Assembly: GCA_963668025.2 (NCBI GenBank)
Contig: CAXXTH010000022.1
Coordinates: 32,001-96,000 of the forward strand
Length of the DNA stretch: 64,000 bases
Reading direction: 5' to 3'
Source of the DNA: Candidatus Hydrogenedentota bacterium
Lineage (GTDB): Bacteria > Hydrogenedentota > Hydrogenedentia > Hydrogenedentales > SLHB01
Under the pieces are notes generated by a model. It saw nothing but the letters and a program-made list of their open reading frames with translations, made no database searches and was not told where the DNA came from. Position numbers and translations under genes: made by a program. The first letter of the stretch is position 1; every line of letters begins with the position of its first letter. Shown in pieces: positions 20,185 through 29,565 of this stretch.

Positions 20185-20534
20185 TCAGATTTCCGGTGGC
20201 AACAATAGCGCCTTCCCAGCCGATTAAAGCAGCGTTAGGGAACACCCAGTTCGGCGGAGCGGTTCCTCATCCGCACAAGCGATTGGCGCAGTTATGCCTG
20301 CGCCGAGACCAAGGCGCTCTGCCGCCCAAATGCTTTAATCTTCCCTTCACGTAACAGGAAAGCCCTGCTGACACAGCACCTGGAGCACCCAGATCGGAGT
20401 AAAGTCAAGAGTGTCCAGCCGGTGCTGACATCATCTTCCTGCTCATCCGATGCCTGAAAAAGTGCGAGCTCCAAACGTAGCCTGACTTTCACCATTCGCG
20501 ATGTAGAGTTGGCAAAAAGTTGATATATCCGCCT

Positions 20535-20772
20535 TTTACCGACGCATATGCTTCCATGCTTTACGGATGAGATTCTGTCTTTGAATCTATTGGCTTTCTC
20601 ATCCCACATGGATGCTTCTAATGCGATTCCTGTTCGTCGGGCCAGTGCTTTGCCTGCGGCTTCCTTCAGATTCCGCTTCAATGCGGACACCCTTGCACTC
20701 CGGCTAACAGTTCCTCTTACCAGGCTTATAAGAGACTTGCATCCTCAAATAAACGCGCCCTGCCGGGAGCAC
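20535..20772 (-). mobile_element. 5' fragment (domain I) of a class C group II intron, no RT ORF
   Basis: Minus strand begins GTGCTCCCGGCAGGGCGC and contains AACTGTTAGCC, GCAAGGGTGTCC, GGAATCTGAAGGAAGC, GGCAAA, GAACAGGAA and GGATGAG, in the order found in IIC domain I. It starts directly after a terminator U-tract. The 3' boundary is approximate. Confidence 0.85.
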
Positions 20773-20802
20773 CAAAAAAGATAGCCCCCGCATGCGGGGG
20801 CT
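20773..20802 (-). terminator. Rho-independent terminator of cspA
   Basis: GCCCCCGCATGCGGGGGC hairpin followed on the minus strand by TATCTTTTTTG. Confidence 0.85.
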
Positions 20803-20831
20803 TCCAATAATATCTTGGGTGCTTGAAGGAA

Positions 20832-21032
20832 TTACAATGGCCTTACCATAGTCGCTTCGGGGCCTTTTCGGCCTTGTCCCGCTTCGTACGTAACCCGTTG
20901 ATCATCTTGCAGGCTGCGATTTGGCGTTTCGACATTCGAGCGATGAACGAAAAGGTCTTTGCCTCCATCATCCGGAACGATAAACCCAAACCCTTTTTCA
21001 TCACTAAACCACTTAACTGTACCTGTTGCCAC
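20832..21032 (-). CDS. cspA: Cold-shock protein
   Basis: GTVKWFSDEKGFGFI...DLFVH RNP1/RNP2 motifs. GTG start at 21032 after GGAGAG gives 66 aa. Confidence 0.95.
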   Translation of the reverse strand: MATGTVKWFSDEKGFGFIVPDDGGKDLFVHRSNVETPNRSLQDDQRVTYEAGQGRKGPEATMVRPL

Positions 21033-21233
21033 TTGTGTACTCTCCATTCGGGCCTGTCCTGCGACTATGGCCTATGCTTTCCCCTTACTCGAGATGTGCG
21101 GCCAGCGGGGAAAACCGGCACGCCACCTTACCAATCGAACCAGATGCTATCACATTTCAAGTTCTAAAACAAGTTTAATCTCATTTTTTCCATTTTTGCC
21201 AAAACACCTGGCGTTGGGGAAAAAAGCCGCGAA

Positions 21234-21782
21234 CTATGAGGATAATCCTTTTTCAATCATCGGTAATTCCACTGCCCCTGCGAACCGGCCCACCAGCGCT
21301 CCATTTTCAAAAATCAGGGTATCCGGGATTGACCGCACTTCATAGCGCTCCGCTAATTCTGGCAGTTCATCCACGTCGGCCACCCAGAAATGGACGCGCC
21401 CTTCGAACTGCTGAGCGGCTTTGTTCAACTCGGGTTTGTAGGCCTTGCACGCGCCACACCAGGAAGCGCTGAATACGACCAGTGTTTTCCGTGGATTGCC
21501 CAGCACATCCTGGTCAAATTGTGCGGCAGACACCACCTTCTGAATGGGAGATGCATATGCCATATCCGGCTTATTAGCGCCCGTAAAAACAAATGCCGCC
21601 AGAAGCCCGAGTACGCCTCCATAGAGAGCGCCCCGCCAGGGATTCGCGGTGAGAGGGCATCCGCCGTCTTCACAGCTTCGGGTGCGACCCAGCAATCCGC
21701 CGACTGTTGCTCCAATGACCCCGCCTGCAAGCAAAGAAATAAGCATCCGAAGGCTCCTTTCCGTTTCGCATGGTGTATTCAT
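21234..21782 (-). CDS. Thioredoxin fused to an N-terminal DUF6132-like membrane hairpin
   Basis: Two TM segments around SCEDGGCPLTANPW; FSASWCGACK thioredoxin site; VRSIP cis-Pro motif. Confidence 0.8.
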   Translation of the reverse strand: MNTPCETERSLRMLISLLAGGVIGATVGGLLGRTRSCEDGGCPLTANPWRGALYGGVLGLLAAFVFTGANKPDMAYASPIQKVVSAAQFDQDVLGNPRKTLVVFSASWCGACKAYKPELNKAAQQFEGRVHFWVADVDELPELAERYEVRSIPDTLIFENGALVGRFAGAVELPMIEKGLSS

Positions 21783-21955
21783 GCGCGGCGGGAAATCATA
21801 TCATCGATATGCCCGCATCTTTACACGGATAGAGAAGCAAACGGCATGCCAGGCGAGAACGGCGCTTTTACTTGTAGTTGCGCCATAAACGAAATAGGGC
21901 TGCCGCAAGGAAACGTTTCAGGAACGTTACATGAAACACCTCTCGCCGAACCGGA

Positions 21956-24900
21956 TTATTTCCACCAGTTCATCGAGAGCGGAATCCGGGTAGCCGATTC
22001 CATTTCGAGGGAGAAGCGGCAAGCGCCCGCACTTTTAGCGACTTTCACCAGGAGCGTATTTTTGCCTTGCTTGATGGTGGCGTCCAAGATGATGGGCTCG
22101 ATGCGCTGGTTCGCTGGCCGTTGTTCATCGAAGGCTAAAAGCAAACGCCCATTCAGCCAGATTTTAGTGGGCGCATAGGCTCCGATATGGATATGAATCG
22201 GGCAGCGATCATGGCCGTTGAACTCGGCATAGGCATATGCAGCGCCAGGAACGCCAATCGCGCTAGGAGAAATGAATGGCTCGAGCGCTTCCTGGAGTTC
22301 CACCAAGTGGCGCTCTCTTACGCAGGAATACCAGCGCCGCCACCGAATGGGCTTGCACCAGCCCGAATACGCCATTTGCAGTTCCACTGTGTGTTCAGGC
22401 GGATAGGGGGTGTCGAATCCTTCGCCGTTCCAATTGGGAAACATGCCCAGCACCATCCAGCGCCGGATAGCATCCACGCGCTCTTGCTTGAGCCAATCTT
22501 GCGTGGGGGCGTCTGGAGCTACGGGCTCCTCGGAAGGTACGGAACGCCGGGCGAAATGGCGCAAGAGATTGACAAAGAGGCGATCAGCCAGGGGGTCTTC
22601 CCCCAATTGTTCCAAAATGCGCAGGTGGGTGAAGACCATGCGGCCGCTGCCTAAGCGCCGGACAAGGATATTCGCACCGGCGGCGAGGGGTTCCTCCCCG
22701 CTGGGGCTGGTCCAAATTGCGCCGCAAATATCTTCTTCGCCTTTGTCCGGGAAGGTCCATCGGGGAACAACATCCCGATAAGGCTGGCGCATAAGCCCGC
22801 GCGAGGGCAAACCTTCAAATACCGGATGAAGCTTGGCATAGTGAAATGCTGTATGCGCAGGCAAGCTGGCCGCTTGCACGGAGGGATCAATCCATGTAGC
22901 TAAATCATTCCAATCGCATGGAGGGCTAAACACAATAGCCACTGCGCCTTCGCGCACCTCGGCAATCACTTGAGCCATTTTCTCCGCTGGATACGCGCGA
23001 ATAGTGTTGGCCAGCGGAGGTACGATATGTACGGCGGGCATGCGATCCGTCAAGCGTGCGAAAGGCGCACACCGCGTACGCCATTCATCGGCCGTATCCA
23101 CCACATCAATAAGCGCTTCGGAAGGGTCCGCTGGGGCATAGACCTGAAACTCGACGCTGCTTTCTGATACGACTTTGGCGCCGAGCAGCAGGCGCACGAT
23201 AAACCGATGCGGACCCGTCGAGCCCGATGCGGCGATATCGCCTGACCATATTTCCTTGCCCGTGCGCACGAGCTTGATGGAGCGGCGTTTTTTCCAAAGC
23301 ACCTGATTGGTGGGCCCTACGACTTGCAGCGAAAGATCGACGCGTTCATCCAAACGTTCTTCATTTACCATCAGGATGCTGACGCCGGTTTCTTGCCGGG
23401 GAACGAGGTTCGTTTGGGCCATATGAATCAGAGGCCGCAATGGCTGTTGGGCTTCGCGCACCACATCGAAAGCCGCGTTCCCAGCGCCATCCCCAGCGAG
23501 CAGGCCCGCTTCCAGGGATGCGCCGCCAGCCGCCAAGCGGGCGTAACAATATCCTGAGGCCTTTCCGTTCGCCCGGCAAGCGTCCAATTCGATGCGGACG
23601 GCGGCAGCCTGGACGAGTTGGGTGGCTTCGTAAAACGCTTCCGGACCGTTAAAAACACGGCCTAAATCATGTTCCGTGAAAAGACGCTCCAAGGCGTCTT
23701 CCGCTGATTGGAGGCAGCGCGCTTCCGGCGTTCCCGCATGGCTTCCCATGTGCGCCAAGGCTTGCGGGATATTCATAACGCCTTGCACGCCAATGGGACT
23801 GGGCACGCACAGCATTTCGGGCTCACCCGCATGGCGGCAATAGGAATCGCCATCGAGATCAAGCGGTGCGGGCAATACGATGCGTGGAGAATCAAACGGC
23901 TCTGGCGCATCCCGGAACGGCCGTAAAAAGAAGGCGTTGCCCTCGGCATAGCTGAAAACCAGCCGGGTGGGATCAAGCGCTCGAAGGGAGCGGAGCAACG
24001 CTTCATGCCCGCCAGCGGAAGAATACACGGTCCACGCGATCACCGAGGGATGATTGCGGCCGCGTGATACGAGAGCGCTCAATTCCGCTTGCTCTTCTTC
24101 CACACCGCGAGACCCGGGCAGGGGCATGTCTTCCCACACCATCAGCCCGAATGCGTCGCATAGATGCAATAGAGATTCCGGCGGCGGTTGTATGAATCGG
24201 ACCAGATTAAAGCCGGCCTCCCGCGCGGATTCCAGTTGCTTTTTCGCCCTAGTCGCGAAATCCGGCGAGGCAGGACTAGGCGGAACAGCAAGCACGCCTT
24301 TTACATATAAGCTGTGGTTGTTGAGGCACATGCGCCCATCTTTCACCGTGCATTCGCGCATGCCAAACGGCTGTTCGAGCACATCAATGGGGCGGCCATC
24401 CTTATCCAATAGCTCACATCGAAGGGTGTAGACCATGGGCGTTTCGGGAGACCACAATATATAGTCGGGGAAATCAAGCTGCATGGTTCCCGCCGCGCCA
24501 GATGCGGCGATGGGCGTATCGAGGACGCTCACGCGCACGTTTCCCGGCGCGGATGCATCTATATCGAGCGCCAGACAGCGCCGCCGCAAAATCCGGGCTG
24601 CACAAAAACGTCCCAGCAGATGGTGCGATGGCTTAATTTCCAATCGCACGGAATCCCATATTCCCGACATCGGAAGCAAACCTAACGCCTCCGCCGCAGC
24701 CATACTGCGCGGCGTGGCCGGTTCGATCCGCACAACTAGGCCATTTTATACCCGCGCGCAGCGTTTTCGTGGCGTCAACGGAAAAGGATGAATAGGAACC
24801 GGAATGGCTGCCAAGTGCGATTCCATTCAACCAAACATCCGTGCGGTAAGCCGTTCCGTCAAAATGCAGCTCCGCCTTCCGGCCCCATGGGAGCGTCCGG

Positions 24901-25098
24901 AGAATCCCATTCATGAAAATACCAAGCCGCTTGAGGCGCTTCATGGGCCGCTGCATCCCATATGTGCGGAATACAAACAGATTCGCACACCGGCTCAGCG
25001 CCTGGCATGAACCAGCGTTTATCCATGCCAATGCGCAACGGATCCGCCGCGAAACGCCACTTGCCTTCTAATATATGTATTTGCCTAAACGATTGCAT
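21956..25098 (-). CDS. GH2-like protein, probably cytoplasmic, split by two frameshifts near the 5' end; catalytic Glu motifs degenerate
   Basis: Three overlapping frames join as MQSFRQIHILEGKWRF / AELHFDGTAYRTDVWLNG / SGIWDSVRL...LWSPETP..Y..FGMRE...RNHPSVIAW. Breaks at about 24890 and 24745. Confidence 0.75.
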
Positions 25099-25301
25099 TG
25101 CGAAAGACCCCGAGGTACATGCGATAGTACCCGCCCCAGCCCGATGATTCAACTTTGCGAATCGGCTCCCGATAAAAGCACTCGAAAAAAGGAGGTAAAA
25201 TTCCTGGGCGTGTTGCTTTTTTTCCCTCATTTCTTTATGGTCGGACGTGTGAATTGCTGGGGCTTTGAAGCATTCATGAAAACAAAAAGAAGGGGACTGC
25301 A

Positions 25302-26641
25302 ATGAAAACTGGGGCTTTTTCTTTGTTGCTCGCGATTCTGGCCATAGCGCCATATGCCGCGGAAGGTGCGGATTCGCAGTGGTTTAAAGGGCAATTGCAT
25401 GCGCATTCCTACTGGTCAGATGGGCGGGCGTTCCCAGAACAGGCCTTGCAAGCGTATCAACAGCGGGGCTACCATTTCGTGAGCCTCACCGACCACAACC
25501 GTTTCGCGGACAATACGGCCCAATGGCGTACAGTCGAGGAAACCGAGGGGGAATGGCCGCCGAATGTCACCCAGGCCATGTTCGATGCGTATATGCGCGA
25601 TTTCGGAGAGGACTGGGTTGATTCCAAAACCGATGAAGGCGTCACATCGGTCCGGCTCAAGACCTATGCGGAGCTTAAGGGCAAATTCGAGGTTCCGGGC
25701 AAATTTCTGCTTCTCCCCGGAGTGGAGATCACCCAGGAAATCAAAGGGCTTTCCCCGCATCTGAACTACATCAACCTTCCATCCCTGATCCCTGCGCTTC
25801 AGAATGTCAATCTGATCAAGCGCTTGGAAGAGCCGGATCTCACCGTAAGTGCATTGCTCGCTTCCAATGTGGCGGAGGTGTCGGCGCTTGCAATAAAACA
25901 GCAAAGCCCGTCCTTGTTGATGGTGAACCATCCTTTCGCCATTTTTCGACATCCTGCCGCAAGATATGATTGAAAAATCCCACGTTGCGATTCTTCGAGG
26001 TCTTCAACACGGGAACGGAGATCCTTCCCGAAGCTCCGTCGTACACCATCGAAAAATTTTGGGATGTGATCAACGCGTTTCGGTGTGCAAACGGGCAGCC
26101 ACTGCTCTATGGCGTCGCCAGCGATGACGCACATTTTTATGATCCGGCCCCGTATTGATGGGTATTGCGGCGTCGAGCTGGGATGGGTGATGGTGCGTGC
26201 GGCATCGTTATCGCCGGAAGCCATTCTACATGCCATGGATAACGGCGATTTTTATTCAACTACGGGAATTTACCTCGAAAATGTTCGATTCGATCAGCAT
26301 GAAAACCGCCTCCATGTCAAGGTGAAACCTGAAGAAGGAACCAGCTACCGCATCTGTTTTATCTCAACGAAAGCGGGATTCGACCAATCTGTCTCATGGT
26401 GTGGAAATTGCCACTCCGCCTCGCAAAATCCCTCTATATTCCGAGGGAGATTGGGCGTGAAGTTGAGACAGTATCGGGTACAGAAGCTTCTTATACTCTT
26501 GGACCGGATGACCTATATGTCCGGGCTCGTGTCGAATCGGACAAGCCATCGAAGCTTTCCGGTGATCCAAAGCATGCTAAACTATATCCAAAAATGCAGG
26601 CCGCATGGACACAACCATATGCAAAAACCTCTCCAAAATAG
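25302..26641 (+). CDS. Secreted PHP-domain (CehA/McbA-like) metallohydrolase, broken by about five frameshifts
   Basis: Signal peptide; WFKGQLHAHSYWSDG, LTDHN, PGVE, NHP, FFEVFN, ASDDAH, GDFYSTTG, LYVRARV, AWTQP motifs spread over successive frames. Confidence 0.75.
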
Positions 26642-27506
26642 GCGGCGTAGATTTCCGCAGCAATCCCCGGTGGTTCTTATTTTATGGTGTTTTTAATATT
26701 TATACTATAAAACCTAATAAATACAACAGCAACTATATGCTACTTCCGATGCTGCTTTCGGCGGAATAGACCGTTCTATTATTCTTTCGATGGATGCTTC
26801 CGCGTTCATTCAAATCGATTGGCCCCTCAAAACCGTCCCGTTCTCTCTGCTTGCAATGCAAATCACATCTCTTTTTTCCTCGCCTTATAAGCAAACCCGC
26901 CTGAGTAAAATGCGCTCAAGTGAAGAAGTGGGCTTCTTTTGGGTTCGTTTAGAACATTATTGACAGAAAACGAACACCTGTGTTATATTCAGCCTGCCAT
27001 CCGTTTACGACGTATAAGATTTCGGCGCATTGCAGAGAAAGGACATTGTCCTTGGAGGTTGAAGCAGTGAGATGCAACGGCCAACATTCTTTGCGGGGGT
27101 TCCACATTAGCACGCTCATCGCGTGTCTATGCCGCGCCAAAGCAGTTTTGGCAAAGATGGCCGAATCCTTTGAACAGTCACCATCCACATTTATTTTCTT
27201 CATGCTCTCAAGCGCCCCGCGACACGACAAGGGAGAGTGCTGTGTTTTACGGAAGTGGGGGATAAACAACCTTTTACCGAACTGTGGTTATGGGGCCGCG
27301 GCCAGGCAGAAGAAACTAGAGGCAAACAATAGCTAGAGAGGAGAAAAAGACCCATCAAAGACAGATGATGGGCGATACGGAGAGTAATGATGGAGTAACA
27401 ATGGTGGACTGATGCTATGTTCTAACCTAATAAAACTCGGTTTGCTTTTTGCTGTCACGGTGGCAAGGAGGAATCAAAATAATACGCAAACAAAGAGGGG
27501 AAAGAT

Positions 27507-29370
27507 ATGCTCCAATTCAGAGTCGGCGCATGGGCAATGTGTTGTCTGCTTCTAGCGTACATGGGGTGCGCGACGCAACCGAATGGGGAGGCGAATCTTT
27601 CCAAGCAGGGCGTGTTCGGATTTGGTGTTGCTGCCGGCTCCCCAAGAAATGGAGCTAACCGGCGGCTGGATGCCGGTTGACGCGAATCCTGTCGTGGAAG
27701 ACCTCCCCATCTCCGTGCGGATAGACCCCGTTTCGGTGGAGCAGGCGCAGGGGTATCAGTTGGAGGTTCGGCGTCGTGGCTTCCAGATCGTCGCACATGA
27801 CGAGGCGGGGGCGTTTTACGCGAAACAAACCATAAAACAGCTCGTTCGTCAGGCGAAGGACAATCGTCTGCCCTGTCTGCGCATTGCGGACTGGCCGGAC
27901 TTTCCTCATCGTGGGGTCATGCTCGATATATCGCGTTCCAAGGTGCCCGAAATGGAGACCTTGTACGGCTTTGTCGATGAGATGGCCGGGATGAAGATGA
28001 ACGAACTCCAGTTGTACATGGAGCATGCATTCGCCTACAAGGGACACCAACAGGTCTGGATAAAATCATCGCCGATGACGCCGCAACAGGTGCGCGCCTT
28101 GGACGCCTATTGCAAGGAGCGTTTTGTTGACCTGGTTCCCAACCAGAACTCGTTCGGCCATATGGAGCGCTGGCTGGTTTATCCAGAATATGCCCCGCTT
28201 GGCGAGATCCCGGAAGGCCCGGTCAACAACAATCTCTGCCCCACGAACCCGGACTGCCTCACATTTCTAGATGGTTTGTATGGCCAATTGCTGCCATGCT
28301 TTTCGGCGGACCGGTTCAATGTAGGATGTGATGAAGTCTGGATGATCGGCATGGGGCGCAGCGCGGACGCCGCGAAAGCCAAAGGGAAAGAACAGGTATA
28401 TCTAGATTTTTTGAAGCAAATCAACCAATTGGTGATCGCGCATGGCAAGAAAACGATGTTCTGGGCGGATATTTTGGAGCATCGCCCGGAACTGATCCCG
28501 GAAGTGCCCAAGGACATTATCGCGATCAACTGGGGCTACGCGCCCGACTATCCGTACAAAGTCACCTGTCCGAATCTCGCCAAAGCGGGCTTGCCGTTCT
28601 ATGTTGCGCCCTGTACTTATACTGTGAACTCGCTTCTTGGCATGCTGGATTATTCGCAGGCCAATGCATTGAACGCCGCGGAGAATGGGAAAGCAAACGG
28701 GGCCATGGGCTATCTCATCACGGATTGGGGCGACTCGGGCCATTCGCAGTTTTTTCCCGTGTTGTACGCCCCCGTGGCGTACGCCGCAGGCCTATGTTGG
28801 GCGGTTGACGAAAACCGGGACATGGATTTAGCCCGCGTTCTAGACGTTCACGTGTTTCACGACAAGGCGGGTGTCATGGGACAGCTTGCCATTGATTTGG
28901 GCCATGCGCACAGCGCAGTTGAAACGGAGTATCCGCCGGGCGGAACGGCGTTTCATGTGCTCTTGTACCGTGACCAGGGCAGGGAATTCCCGCTGGCCAA
29001 GAGCGAGTGGCTATGCAAATTGCAGGTTGAAGATTTCGAGAAGGCCGACGTTGAACTGGAGCGCCTGGACCGAAAGTTCGGCGAAACGAACATGGACCGG
29101 CCGGACGCCGCGCTGCTCGTGGATGAGTACCGGTGCAACGTCGCCATGGCCCGGTTTGCGTGCCATTACGCCATTGCGAGATTGAAAGCGGGCGGGGTGA
29201 TACCGAGCGAATTGCCCCGGGACGTGCGGCTTGCGCTGGCCAGCGAGTTGAAGGGGATCATCCCCGAATATTGCGCGCTCTGGATCGCCCGCAACCGGTC
29301 CGGCGGTCTTTCTGAGAGCGTGTGGATGCTGGATTCAATACTCAGTCTATTGCTGCAAGGAGAGAAATAA
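27507..29370 (+). CDS. GH20 beta-N-acetylhexosaminidase, probable lipoprotein, with one frameshift near 27609
   Basis: DWPDFPHRGVMLDISR, NSFGH, NVGCDE catalytic pair, TDWGD. The upstream frame from ATG 27507 encodes MLQFRVGAWAMCCLLLAYMGC (signal with lipobox-like end). Confidence 0.88.
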
Positions 29371-29502
29371 CCACAGGGGCATTCTCCGCGAGGCGGATTA
29401 CAACTGATTTTATCTAACAAATGAGGTGTTTTCCCTGGGACTCAATGACCAAATTGTGTGATGATATAATATATTTCCAGTCAATCACTCGTACGGAGCA
29501 TA

Positions 29503-29530
29503 TCGGGGAAGCTGCGTTGCGCTTCCCCGA
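29503..29530. other. GC-rich hairpin upstream of the paralog array
   Basis: TCGGGGAAGC-N8-GCTTCCCCGA, 10-bp perfect stem, 35 nt before the ATG. Confidence 0.55.
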
Positions 29531-29565
29531 ACTCAAAACCGCGAGACCTGTGGGAGTTTGAGAGA

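Noticed and set aside
20200-20345. Hammerhead/twister ribozyme or intron domain V
   Set aside because: Only partial motifs (CGGATGA, TAACGCTGC, GAACCGC); the conserved cores and stems are missing.
20292-20784. ORFs 20292-20690 (-) and 20548-20784 (+)
   Set aside because: They overlap the intron RNA fragment and have no protein motifs, so they are shadow ORFs.
24744-27610. Programmed frameshifting or a pseudogene island
   Set aside because: Every break is a single extra base in a short run, with no slippery heptamer and no nonsense codons seen. Sequencing error is more parsimonious.
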